A DNA stretch of 62,721 bases, the filler included. It is 4 parts of 4 records of this genome, joined end to end, with 100 filler letters (N's around TTAATTAATTAA, not from the genome) between each part and the next. Parts side by side here need not be neighbours in the genome. Positions count along the whole stretch, not along the records: positions 28,654 to 51,693 come from SRR20825019_2311; 3 more parts are not named here. The stretch is one strand, 5' to 3'. Every line of letters starts with the position of its first letter. Position 1 is the first letter of the stretch. Below the pieces are notes generated by a model. That model was not told where the DNA came from. It ran no database searches and saw only the letters and a program-made list of their open reading frames with translations. Positions 35,858 to 45,292 of the stretch are shown piece by piece. The translations under genes and the position numbers were made by a program.

Positions 35858-36733
35858 CTATTCCCGTACAAGCGGCCGGGTGAGACAGGTTGGGCCGCCT
35901 TCCCCCTTACGGCTGATTTCATCGCCTTTATAAGTCTGCACCTTACATCCCGCAGCTTCAAGCCGCGCCTTGGTTTTCGGCAGGCCGTCAAGCATCAACA
36001 GGTCTCTGGGCCTGAGAGCGAGCACGTTGCAGCCCATGGGAATGAATTCTTCTTCCGGCACCTCCACAAAGGCGATGCCACGGGCTGTGAGCCAAGCTAT
36101 GAACGTATCCGGCACCAAAGGCGCATATATCAGGGCCAAATCTTTATCCAGCGGGCTGATCATCGACATGAGATGAAATACATCTTCCGGATGGCTTGGG
36201 GCCGGCAGCGGCACCACATGTACCTCAACCTTGCTGCCCAATATTTCCCTCAATTGCCGAATACCCTCTGCATTGGTGCGCGGGCCTTCGCCCACAGCCA
36301 AGGCGTTGTCGTCAAGCCAGATCATATCACCACCCTCAATGGTGCCGGGTGGTGTGATTTCGCCTGCTACCTCATAGCCAAGTGCCTGCAGTTGCGCAGC
36401 GTTTTGTGCAGGTTCACCCCAGCGGCTCACACGTCCCATATTACAACGGATAAGCCCTTTGGGGCTAACGAGCAGCGCGTCACGCGCATAAATGCTATCT
36501 AGCGTCAACTCACCGCTGCACTCAAGCTCCACCACCTCAGCCCCAGCGTTTGAAAGCGCGGCCCTAAGCACATCATGTTCCGCGTTCGCTGCCATAAGAT
36601 CAGGAGCTTCATAGAACCTCAGGGCCTGCCACTCTTTGGCGATTTTCTCTGCTGATCGATATGCCTGCGCGGGTGTCCGCACCGCTACCGCCTTGATAAC
36701 CCCATATTCGTTCATTCCAGACAACGCTCTCAA
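35858..36733 (-). CDS. amidinotransferase/DDAH (dimethylargininase)-family pentein hydrolase
   Basis: DSIYARD, IEGGD, FHL and GGPTCLT catalytic motifs. Confidence 0.88.
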   Translation of the reverse strand: MRALSGMNEYGVIKAVAVRTPAQAYRSAEKIAKEWQALRFYEAPDLMAANAEHDVLRAALSNAGAEVVELECSGELTLDSIYARDALLVSPKGLIRCNMGRVSRWGEPAQNAAQLQALGYEVAGEITPPGTIEGGDMIWLDDNALAVGEGPRTNAEGIRQLREILGSKVEVHVVPLPAPSHPEDVFHLMSMISPLDKDLALIYAPLVPDTFIAWLTARGIAFVEVPEEEFIPMGCNVLALRPRDLLMLDGLPKTKARLEAAGCKVQTYKGDEISRKGEGGPTCLTRPLVRE

Positions 36734-36734
36734 C

Positions 36735-38063
36735 CTACGTTTCCTTCAAACTAGCTTGCACACGTCGCTGCGCTGTGACCCATACGTAGATCGGCACACC
36801 TGCCAGCAATAGAAGCAGCGCCCAATACACGCTGTCTCGTCCTGAGCCTGCAATCACCCACACAGCGTAGGCGAAACCTATCGCCGCAACTACCGTATCG
36901 CGCAAATGCCCAACCTTTGAGGCTGATGGGTCGCGCACTGCAAACAACCACGCAGACGCGGCCGACATCGCCACGGGTAAAATTGCCGTTATAGTCGCCA
37001 GCAAAATGAGGAACTCAAACGCGACGATCAGTCCATCAACAAAATTCAGTGCAAGCGAGATAGATGCCAACACACCACCAATAATGAAGGATATAGCTGG
37101 CGTGCCATATCGTGTCAGCTTGCCGAACGGGCTAGGGAATAAACCATCAAGCGCCGCCGCCATGGGCATCTGGCCAACCGCAAAAACATTTGCGTTCACG
37201 CCGCTACCCGTCGCGACCAAGGCAATCAACGCCACAATAGTCGCGCCCATTGGGCCAACAAGAGCTGAAGCGGCATCCGCAAGCGGTGCTGTTGATTGCA
37301 TCAACTGCTCGGCAGGCAATAACCCAAACGCAGCCATGGTCACCGCAAAATAGAGCACTACCACAGCCAGTACGCCAGCCATCGTTGCGCGTGGAATGGT
37401 ACGCGCCGGGTCTTGCACCTCGCCAGCGGGTATGGTGCAAACTTCAAAGCCAATAAATGCCCACATGGCCAAAGCACTGGCTGCCGCTGTGGCGGAGAGC
37501 GGACTTTGGGGCTCAATCATGCCGGCGTAATTCGCGCTTTCAACACTCACCAGCCCAAACAAGGCCAAAAACAACAGCGGCAGGAACTTTGCCAGGCTGG
37601 TTATAAGCTGCAGAGCGCTGGAGCCTCGTACACTGCGGCAGTTGATAATTACCAGCCCCCATATAAGAGCGAGGCCACAAGCAAGAGAGGCGTTTGGCGA
37701 TGATCGAAGCGTGGGGAAAAACTCAGCCAAGTATCCGATGAAAGCGACAGTCACCGCAGCGACAGAAACCCACACGGAGACCCAATACCCCCACGCCATC
37801 AAAAAACCAGTGAAGTCACCAAACCCCGCCCTTGTATATGCATAAGGACCACCACTGACGGTAACGCGCCGGGCCATATAGGCGAGCGAGAACGCAAGCG
37901 CCACAGTGCCACCACCGGTTACCAGCCAGCTCAGGAGTGCATATTTACCAAAAGGCGCCAGAACTGTTGGCAACATGAAGACACCGGAGCCCACCATCAT
38001 GCCGATAGACAGGCCCCACGTGCGCCAAAACCCCATGACGCGCTTTTTCTCTTCCACCAGCAC
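36735..38063 (-). CDS. APC-family amino acid permease (AdiC/PotE/CadB-like)
   Basis: GMMVGSGVF, GGPYAY and WAFIGFE motifs; about 12 hydrophobic segments. Confidence 0.9.
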   Translation of the reverse strand: MLVEEKKRVMGFWRTWGLSIGMMVGSGVFMLPTVLAPFGKYALLSWLVTGGGTVALAFSLAYMARRVTVSGGPYAYTRAGFGDFTGFLMAWGYWVSVWVSVAAVTVAFIGYLAEFFPTLRSSPNASLACGLALIWGLVIINCRSVRGSSALQLITSLAKFLPLLFLALFGLVSVESANYAGMIEPQSPLSATAAASALAMWAFIGFEVCTIPAGEVQDPARTIPRATMAGVLAVVVLYFAVTMAAFGLLPAEQLMQSTAPLADAASALVGPMGATIVALIALVATGSGVNANVFAVGQMPMAAALDGLFPSPFGKLTRYGTPAISFIIGGVLASISLALNFVDGLIVAFEFLILLATITAILPVAMSAASAWLFAVRDPSASKVGHLRDTVVAAIGFAYAVWVIAGSGRDSVYWALLLLLAGVPIYVWVTAQRRVQASLKET

Positions 38064-38124
38064 TTCTCCCCCACTGATTTAAACCGAGCCTAGCGCAAGG
38101 GGATGAAATGTCACGGAAATAGAG

Positions 38125-38187
38125 TGTCCCATATTGAGACATCAAAAACTGTATCATTTCAGGACATCTCTGTCCCCGCCTGATACA
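38125..38187. promoter_or_regulatory. three 17-bp TGT-N11-ACA sites, putative enhancer for a sigma54 activator
   Basis: TGTCCCATATTGAGACA 38125-38141, TGTATCATTTCAGGACA 38150-38166 (inverted), TGTCCCCGCCTGATACA 38171-38187; consensus TGTCC-N5-TGAKACA. Confidence 0.65.
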
Positions 38188-38238
38188 GTCAAGTGTTCAT
38201 CATTCCCTATCTATCTGAAATCACTTAATATTTATTTC

Positions 38239-38253
38239 TGGCACACCCGTTGC
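38239..38253 (+). promoter_or_regulatory. sigma54 -24/-12 promoter
   Basis: TGGCAC-ACCCG-TTGC matches TGGCAC-N5-TTGC. Confidence 0.75.
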
Positions 38254-38264
38254 GAATACAAAAA

Positions 38265-38420
38265 CGAACCTGGTGCTCCGGCTGCCACCTGGCACAGGTT
38301 TCCAAGTTTAAGGGTTGCATCTAGCTGCCACTGCCTGCGACCTGACGAAATCGAAGTCCGACTACACCTCAATGCCCCACCTCAATCCGCTGGTGTAGTC
38401 GGCTTCGACCCATTTTCCTT
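38265..38420 (+). ncRNA. putative sigma54-dependent three-hairpin small RNA
   Basis: Hairpins at 38267-38300, 38313-38342 and 38351-38408; GCTGCCAC in loops 1 and 2; pyrimidine tail after hairpin 3. Confidence 0.55.
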
Positions 38421-38469
38421 TCCCCAACACCAGATACCGTTTAGTCATAAGCGCAGATCCGACTAAGGA

Positions 38470-39384
38470 ATGCAGTTTATGAGCCCCGAATTTATTCAGG
38501 ATTTTAAAGCGCCGTACGGCAAAGCTGAAAGCTTAAGCCCGCTAATCACCCGCGTGCTGTGCGAAAACCCAAGCCCGTACACTTACACTGGCACCGGGAC
38601 ATATCTTGTAGGCAACAACTCCAGCCTCGCCGTGATTGACCCAGGCCCGATGATGCCTGAACACGGCGAAGCAATATTGCGGGCGGTGGGCGACCGATCC
38701 ATCAGCCATATTCTTGTAACTCATACCCACATTGACCACTCGCCCCTGTCAGCCTGGCTAAGTGAGCGCACTGGTGCACCAATATATGCGTTCAGCACAC
38801 ACGGCGCAGGCCGTAAGGGCGGGCTGGATGGTGAAGATGTTGAAGCCGGTGCAGATACCCACTTCAAACCAGACTATCTGATCGCGGACGGCCATGTTTT
38901 CACCGGGAACGGATGGACACTGCGCGCAATTCACACGCCGGGCCATACCGCAAACCATCTTTGTTTCATGCTTGAAGAGGAAAAAGCGCTGTTTGTGGGT
39001 GACCACATCATGGGGTGGGCCACGACGGTTATCGCACCACCTGACGGAGACATGCGCGCCTATTTCGCCAGTCTGAAACGGGTGACAAAGGAGGCTCCGT
39101 CAGTTTTATACCCTACCCATGGCCCAAAAATTGAAAACGCAGCCCCTTTTGTGCGCGGTATAATAACGCACCGACGCATGCGTGAAGGGCAAATCCTCAA
39201 ACATCTTGAAGATGGCCCCATGGATATCAATATGATGGTCAGCCGCATGTATAAGGATGTGGATGTAAGGCTTCATCCGGCCGCCGCGCGGTCCGTACTT
39301 GCCCATCTTATTGCGCTCGTGGACGAAGGCCGGGTCAAGGCGTCAAAGCCGCCATCGTTGTCAGCATTGTTTGAACTTGGCTGA
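38470..39384 (+). CDS. MBL-fold metallo-hydrolase (LACTB2-like, C-terminal winged helix)
   Basis: NPSPYTYTGT, THTHIDH, TPGHTANH and GDHIMGW motifs. Confidence 0.9.
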   Translation: MQFMSPEFIQDFKAPYGKAESLSPLITRVLCENPSPYTYTGTGTYLVGNNSSLAVIDPGPMMPEHGEAILRAVGDRSISHILVTHTHIDHSPLSAWLSERTGAPIYAFSTHGAGRKGGLDGEDVEAGADTHFKPDYLIADGHVFTGNGWTLRAIHTPGHTANHLCFMLEEEKALFVGDHIMGWATTVIAPPDGDMRAYFASLKRVTKEAPSVLYPTHGPKIENAAPFVRGIITHRRMREGQILKHLEDGPMDINMMVSRMYKDVDVRLHPAAARSVLAHLIALVDEGRVKASKPPSLSALFELG

Positions 39385-39476
39385 ACGCGCAAAAATCCTT
39401 AATTGCCTTTGTGGCTTTAGGTCGGTATTTATGCCGCTGCACGAAGTTATTAGTCATGTCCGCGCAGGAGAAACAG

Positions 39477-40475
39477 ATGAATATGGTATCGCATCCGGCA
39501 GTCGATCCCACCCTTGATTTGGTGGCAGAAATCAAACGCCTGCGCGAAGAGAAGAATGCTGTCATTCTTGCGCACTATTACCAGGCGGGCGAAATTCAGG
39601 ATATCGCAGACTTTGTTGGCGATAGCCTTGATCTCTCCCGCAAGGCTGCTGAAACTGACGCAGACATGATCGTTTTTTGTGGCGTGCGCTTCATGGCTGA
39701 AGTTGCCAAGGTCCTGAGCCCACAGAAAAAGGTTGTTCTGCCCGACATGGCCGCTGGCTGCAGCCTGGAGGACAGCTGCCCGCCTGACGAGTTTGAGAAA
39801 TTCGTCAAGGCGCACCCTGACCATATGGTATTGAGCTACATCAATTGCTCCGCTGCGGTGAAGGCACACACAGATATTATTGTGACAAGCTCAAACGCAG
39901 AGCATATCGTGAAGCAGATCCCCGAAGACCAGAAAATCATTTTCGCACCAGACCGTCATTTGGGCGGCTTCCTTTCACGCAAGTTAGGCCGTGACATGCT
40001 GCTATGGCAGGGCACCTGTATCGTGCATGAGATGTTCAGCGAAAAAGAACTGATCAAGCTGAAAGCCAAGCACCCGGACGCGCCGGTCGCTGCGCATCCT
40101 GAATGCCCGGACAATATTGTCCAGCATGCAGACCATGTGGGCTCCACCAGTTCGATCCTCAAATTCTGCACCGAGCATGAGGCCGATACCATCATCGTTG
40201 CAACAGAGCCCGGCATCATTCACCAGATGGAAAAGGCGGCACCAGGGAAAACCTTCATCGGTGCGCCTGGCGCGGACGGCAATTGCAGCTGTAACACCTG
40301 CCCGTTTATGGCCTTGAACACGATGGAAAAGCTGTATCTCTGCCTGCGTGACGAAGGCCCGGTTATTGAACTGGATGAAGAAACACGCATTGCGGCTGAA
40401 AAACCACTCCGTAAAATGTTGGAAATGAGCCCGACTACTGGCCCATCAAAAGACGTTTCAGCCATCAGCGCATAA
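39477..40475 (+). CDS. nadA: quinolinate synthase
   Basis: ILAHYYQ, GDSL, FCGVRFMAE, AGCSL, AHPEC and CPFM motifs; AGGAG RBS. Confidence 0.96.
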   Translation: MNMVSHPAVDPTLDLVAEIKRLREEKNAVILAHYYQAGEIQDIADFVGDSLDLSRKAAETDADMIVFCGVRFMAEVAKVLSPQKKVVLPDMAAGCSLEDSCPPDEFEKFVKAHPDHMVLSYINCSAAVKAHTDIIVTSSNAEHIVKQIPEDQKIIFAPDRHLGGFLSRKLGRDMLLWQGTCIVHEMFSEKELIKLKAKHPDAPVAAHPECPDNIVQHADHVGSTSSILKFCTEHEADTIIVATEPGIIHQMEKAAPGKTFIGAPGADGNCSCNTCPFMALNTMEKLYLCLRDEGPVIELDEETRIAAEKPLRKMLEMSPTTGPSKDVSAISA

Positions 40476-40494
40476 GCCCAGTACGGAGAGCCTC

Positions 40495-41334
40495 ATGGTC
40501 GCATTTCCCTTAACAGATGCGGAAGTCCAAGCGTTTATAGACACTGCGTTTGCGGAAGATATTGGTGAGGGCGATGTGACCTGCGCCACCGTCATCCCGG
40601 AAAAGGCCACGCTATCTGCGACAATGAACGCACGTGAGACAATGGTTCTCGCGGGCCTTCCACTTGTTGAGCCTATTTTCAAACGTCTGGACCCTGCCTG
40701 CCTAATCACCTTTTATGTTTCTGATGGTGACCGAGTAGGCCCCGGCACCCGTATCATGAAGGTTGACGGCAAAGCCCGCGCACTGCTTTCTGCCGAACGT
40801 ACAGCGCTCAATATCGTGCAACACATGTCTGGCATTGCCACATTAACACGCAGATATGTTGACCTCATTCGTGATACCGGCACGGTGCTTCTTGATACCC
40901 GCAAAACCATTCCTGGCCTCAGGAGCCTTGGTAAATACGCCACGGCCATGGGCGGTGCTAAAAACCACCGTATGGGGCTTTACGATGCCATCATGATTAA
41001 AGACAATCATATCGCTGTAGCAGGCTCGGTTGAGAAGGCCGTTGCCGGCGCGAAGGCCGCAGGACGAAATGATATACAGGTTGAGTGCGATACTCTTGAG
41101 CAGTTGCGCCAAGCGTTAGCAGCCGGCGCCAATAGCCTGCTCCTTGACAACATGCCGCCTGCAATGCTGCGGGACGCCCGCGCCATCGTTAACGGAAAGA
41201 TCCCCTGTGAGGCTTCCGGCGGCGTAAACCTCGACACCATCAGAGCCATCGCCGAAACCGGCGTCGAGTATATTTCAGTTGGGCGCCTGACACAGTCTGC
41301 CCCGGCCGTCGATATCGGGCTGGATTACGCTTAA
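40495..41334 (+). CDS. nadC: nicotinate-nucleotide diphosphorylase (QAPRTase)
   Basis: ERTALN, DTRKTIPG, NHRMGL, IKDNH, LLDN and EASGG motifs. Confidence 0.96.
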   Translation: MVAFPLTDAEVQAFIDTAFAEDIGEGDVTCATVIPEKATLSATMNARETMVLAGLPLVEPIFKRLDPACLITFYVSDGDRVGPGTRIMKVDGKARALLSAERTALNIVQHMSGIATLTRRYVDLIRDTGTVLLDTRKTIPGLRSLGKYATAMGGAKNHRMGLYDAIMIKDNHIAVAGSVEKAVAGAKAAGRNDIQVECDTLEQLRQALAAGANSLLLDNMPPAMLRDARAIVNGKIPCEASGGVNLDTIRAIAETGVEYISVGRLTQSAPAVDIGLDYA

Positions 41335-41349
41335 ACGGGCGAGCTACCG

Positions 41350-41772
41350 TCAGGACAATGACGCCCTGCCATCTTTGAGGTGTTTGCCGTGGAATGCCCG
41401 TATGCCCGGCAGTTCTTCGGCAAGCCTGTTCCAGGCATAGTCGTCCAGGGCATTTTTCCACACACACGACAGTGCGATGCAGAAGTTTACATTCTCTCGC
41501 GCAGCCTCAATAAGAAGGCCAACCACATCACCGCCATGAAAATTGATCAGGTCCTCAAGCGGGCCGGTACCAAGAAACGACAAGGCCCGACTGTTTTCAG
41601 CCTCGATCATGTTCACGGCAACCCATATGGCCCGGAATCCTGTTTTGGGTTCGTCCCGGCATAGGCGCCACATGGTTTCAACTGCTTTAAACTCATGCGC
41701 TTCAATTGCGCCATCATGAAGAAAGTAGCCAAGATAGTCCTTGGCCAACTCCTGTATTTCGGCTTCAGTCAT
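41350..41772 (-). CDS. hypothetical protein (DUF6869-like)
   Basis: LGTGPLEDL..HG..AL..VW pattern. Confidence 0.6.
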   Translation of the reverse strand: MTEAEIQELAKDYLGYFLHDGAIEAHEFKAVETMWRLCRDEPKTGFRAIWVAVNMIEAENSRALSFLGTGPLEDLINFHGGDVVGLLIEAARENVNFCIALSCVWKNALDDYAWNRLAEELPGIRAFHGKHLKDGRASLS

Positions 41773-41879
41773 TCGTGCACCCCTGTTGCCCCAACCAGCA
41801 ACATTAAGTTCCCCTTATAGTTGAAAGGTGCACCGAATCGGGACAACTCGCAAATCACTAAACCGTTTTTATTAAAGGT

Positions 41880-42656
41880 TTAATTATTTTTATATTCAGC
41901 CATATAGGTAGACATCTTCGCGTTGATACGCGCAATGCGTTTATCGTCAGATGGGTGCGTCGACAGAAACGCCGGTTGGGAAGCACCATCTTTCATCGAT
42001 TTCATCTTTTGCCATAACCGCACGGCGGCCCGAGGGTCATACCCTGCTCGGGCCATATAGAGGGTACCGATATCGTCCGCCTCGAGCTCCATGGCCCTGC
42101 TGTGTGGTAGCTGGACAAACCCTTGCGCCGCCAAAGCACCCAATGTCACCGCCATTTGTGCCATTTCACCATCCTGCGTGGTTGCACCGACAGCAGCACC
42201 TACTCCCACAATTGCAAGATTTTGAGCTTGTGCACGGCTCATTTGCTCAGCACCGTGGCGAAGAATAGCGTGCGCAATCTCATGCCCCATCACAGCAGCA
42301 AGTTCATCGTCATCCGGGAAGCTATCAACCATTTTCTGGTACATGGCTATTTTACCCCCAGGCAGCGCCCAGGCATTGAGCACGTCCTCATCAATAACCA
42401 CAAACTCCCACGGCATGTCTGGCTTGTCCGAGATTGCTGCGATGCGAGCCCCAATCCTTTGCACGCGCTGAGCCGCCGGACCGCTGGTTTTCACGTCCGC
42501 AGTTTTTTTCACTTCCTTCATAGCCTCAAGCCCAAGAGCTGCGTCCTGGCTTGGCGGAATGGTAATAAACTGTGACCGGCCCGTTACGGTATTCGTGGTC
42601 ACACAGGCAGCCAGGAACAGTCCGGCAGAAAGGGCGAGGATATTTCTAGTACGCAT
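41880..42656 (-). CDS. M48 family metallopeptidase lipoprotein
   Basis: LAAC lipobox; NAWALPGGK, HEIAH, ELEAD and FLSTHP motifs. Confidence 0.92.
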   Translation of the reverse strand: MRTRNILALSAGLFLAACVTTNTVTGRSQFITIPPSQDAALGLEAMKEVKKTADVKTSGPAAQRVQRIGARIAAISDKPDMPWEFVVIDEDVLNAWALPGGKIAMYQKMVDSFPDDDELAAVMGHEIAHAILRHGAEQMSRAQAQNLAIVGVGAAVGATTQDGEMAQMAVTLGALAAQGFVQLPHSRAMELEADDIGTLYMARAGYDPRAAVRLWQKMKSMKDGASQPAFLSTHPSDDKRIARINAKMSTYMAEYKNN

Positions 42657-42744
42657 TTCGTGTCCCCATTGAAGTGAAGTGTTGCTCCAGAATACCAAAC
42701 ACGATGGCAACCAAAAGGCAATTCTCTGAATAAAGAAGATTTGG

Positions 42745-42781
42745 CAAAAGAAAACCGGCGCCCCACAAGGAGACGCCGGTT
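42745..42781 (-). terminator. intrinsic terminator of rpmF
   Basis: AACCGGCG/CGCCGGTT stem followed by a T-run on the minus strand. Confidence 0.75.
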
Positions 42782-42810
42782 GTCAGAATTCGCGTTGAAG
42801 CGTTAAAGGC

Positions 42811-42996
42811 TTAGTAGTCGCCTTTTGGCTCCAGAACCTGCTTGCCACGGTACATGCCTGTCTTCAGGTCGATGTGGTGACGCAGTTTGTATTCGCCAGT
42901 GTGTGAGTCTTCCTGATAGTTTACGGCTTTCAGGGCATCGTGCGAACGACGCATACCACGGCGAGAGCCAGTTACTTTTCTCTTAGGTACTGCCAT
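42811..42996 (-). CDS. rpmF: 50S ribosomal protein L32 (Cys-free form)
   Basis: [39 protein letters not shown]. Confidence 0.96.
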   Translation of the reverse strand: MAVPKRKVTGSRRGMRRSHDALKAVNYQEDSHTGEYKLRHHIDLKTGMYRGKQVLEPKGDY

Positions 42997-43292
42997 TTTT
43001 CTAACCTTTTCGCTCGCCGGGGCCCGCCAGAGGCGCCTCCGGGCAACACTTTCGGATCCACGGTCACGTGAACCCCTTGATTCGAGGCGCGCAACATAAG
43101 GCGAGCCTAATTCAATTGCAAGAAAAACCTTACTCACGCGCAAGGCTGTTCGTTCGGGCGTTCTGATAATTGATTCCAAGCAGCAATTCAAGCAGACATT
43201 TCCAAACTTCGCCCTAAGTGTTTATGAAGGAGCAAAACAGCGCCAACATTGCAGTACCAAAAGCCCGGAACGATATTAACTGGCAGGACATT

Positions 43293-44231
43293 ATGACACG
43301 CATTCTTTTCTATCTCGAAGACTATAGTCACGATATCTGGCGTGATTCCCTTCTGAAGGTCGCCCCGGGTATTGACTTCCGCAGTTATCCTGATTGGGGA
43401 ACCCCTGATGATGGCCCCGCCTATGCTTTTGTATGGGAGCCAGAACCCGGCTTGATCGCCAGTTACCCCAACATTAGGGCCGTGTTCTCGTTGGGGGCAG
43501 GCGTAGATCACCTCACCCGTGACCCGAACCTCCCGCCGGAGGTGCCTATCATTCGCATGGGGGATGACGGCTTAAAGGAAGGCATGGCCGAATTTGTGGC
43601 CATGAGCGTGCTAATGCATCACCGCGGCATTCCCAGCATGATCACTAAACAAAAGAACAAAGACTGGGGCCGCTTTTTTGCAAAAGCCGCAAAAGATGTT
43701 CGTGTTGGCATTCTGGGGTTTGGTGCCCTTGGTCGGGTCGCCGCTGAAGCGCTTACCCCTTTCGGTTATCAGGTTGCGGCCTGGTCACGCACCCCAAAAA
43801 ACCCAGTTGAGGACGTAACGCTTCACCATGGCTCAGACCGCCTGGATGATTTCCTGGCCAATACCGACATTCTAGTTGGCCTGCTGCCGAGCACACCAGA
43901 GACCCAAGGCTTACTTGATAAGGAACGCCTGTCACTTCTACCGGAAGGTGCCAGCATCATTAATGCCGGGCGCGGCACCCTGATCGATCTTGATGCCCTG
44001 AAGGCCCATATGGAAAGCGGCCATATCGCTAGCGCGACACTTGATGTGTTCCCGGAAGAGCCTCTCCCCAGCAATCATCCACTTTGGGGGCTGGACAATT
44101 TGATCATCACCCCCCATATCGCAGCGATAACACGCCCTGACACAGCGGCGGAATATGTAGTACGCAATATTGCCCGCATTGAACAGGGCGACGCGCCAGA
44201 GAACCTGCTTGACGCAAATCGTGGTTACTAA
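43293..44231 (+). CDS. ghrA: glyoxylate/hydroxypyruvate reductase A (2-hydroxyacid dehydrogenase)
   Basis: GAGVDH, GILGFGALG, INAGRG, LDVFPEEP and TPHIA motifs. Confidence 0.88.
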   Translation: MTRILFYLEDYSHDIWRDSLLKVAPGIDFRSYPDWGTPDDGPAYAFVWEPEPGLIASYPNIRAVFSLGAGVDHLTRDPNLPPEVPIIRMGDDGLKEGMAEFVAMSVLMHHRGIPSMITKQKNKDWGRFFAKAAKDVRVGILGFGALGRVAAEALTPFGYQVAAWSRTPKNPVEDVTLHHGSDRLDDFLANTDILVGLLPSTPETQGLLDKERLSLLPEGASIINAGRGTLIDLDALKAHMESGHIASATLDVFPEEPLPSNHPLWGLDNLIITPHIAAITRPDTAAEYVVRNIARIEQGDAPENLLDANRGY

Positions 44232-44311
44232 GCCTTCCTTTTCCGGAGTCTTGTACCTATATAAGCGCTAAGCAGCACTTTGGCGTGTGCATAAAAGGAT
44301 ACGATCACCAT

Positions 44312-45292
44312 ATGGCATATTTTCAAGTTGTCGCCGGGTTAGTATTGCTCGTAGTCGCCGGCGACTATCTGGTCCGCGGATCAGTTTCTTTAGCTATGCG
44401 TGCCGGTCTGTCAAAACTCGTTATCGGCCTTACAATCGTTGCTTTTGGCACATCCGCCCCTGAAATGCTGGTTGGTGTTGACGCGGTCCTTAAAGGCGCG
44501 CCGACCCTCGCGATAGGAAACGTGGTTGGCTCAAACATTGCTAACGCCTTGCTGGTTGTTGGCCTACCTGCTGTCTTGGCCCCCATGACCTGTTCAGCAC
44601 CCAAGCTGGGCCGCAACCTGGCAATCATGCTAGGCGCCAGTGTTGTTTTCATTGCCCTTGCCTATGATGGATCGTTCACCTGGCCTGAAGGGCTGATGTT
44701 GCTCGCATTCCTTAGCATGTTCCTGATGTACTCTATCCTTGGCAGGAAGGCTTGCCCCAAGGAAGCCGCCGCACAGATGGAAGAGATGGAAGAACTGGAC
44801 CGCAAACCAGACAGCTACAAAGTTGCATTTATTTGTCTTTTTGGCGGCCTTCTGGGGCTTGCACTAGGTGCCGATATGCTCGTAATCGGCTCTGTACACA
44901 TTGCACGGGAATTTGGCATCTCTGAAGCCGTAATCGGCCTGACCCTTGTGGCTTTGGGCACAAGCCTGCCGGAACTGGTAACCGGCGTCATGGCTGCTAT
45001 TCGCGGCCACTGTGATGTGGCGGTCGGTAATGTGATCGGGTCCAACATCTTCAACCTGCTGGCCATAATGGGCGTTACGTCACTATTTGGCACGGTTCCT
45101 GTGCCCGATAGCTTCTTGCGTGTAGATCTCTGGGTGATGCTTGGTTCTTCCATCCTCCTTGTGCCGTTTATCAAGCTACGTTCCAACGTGGGTAAACTGA
45201 GCGGCGCGGCTATGGTTATGCTATATATCGGCTATATCGTTTATCTTGCTCATTCGTCGGAAAGTGCTGCAGTTATGGGGCTTCATGTATGA
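44312..45292 (+). CDS. calcium/sodium antiporter (YrbG/CaCA family)
   Basis: Two alpha repeats: GTSAPE..GNVVGSN and GTSLPE..GNVIGSN. Confidence 0.93.
   Translation: MAYFQVVAGLVLLVVAGDYLVRGSVSLAMRAGLSKLVIGLTIVAFGTSAPEMLVGVDAVLKGAPTLAIGNVVGSNIANALLVVGLPAVLAPMTCSAPKLGRNLAIMLGASVVFIALAYDGSFTWPEGLMLLAFLSMFLMYSILGRKACPKEAAAQMEEMEELDRKPDSYKVAFICLFGGLLGLALGADMLVIGSVHIAREFGISEAVIGLTLVALGTSLPELVTGVMAAIRGHCDVAVGNVIGSNIFNLLAIMGVTSLFGTVPVPDSFLRVDLWVMLGSSILLVPFIKLRSNVGKLSGAAMVMLYIGYIVYLAHSSESAAVMGLHV

Noticed and set aside
38134-38466. 110-aa ORF across the sigma54 promoter/sRNA region
   Set aside because: TTG start inside an operator site, no RBS, no recognisable protein features; the hairpins and promoter explain the sequence better
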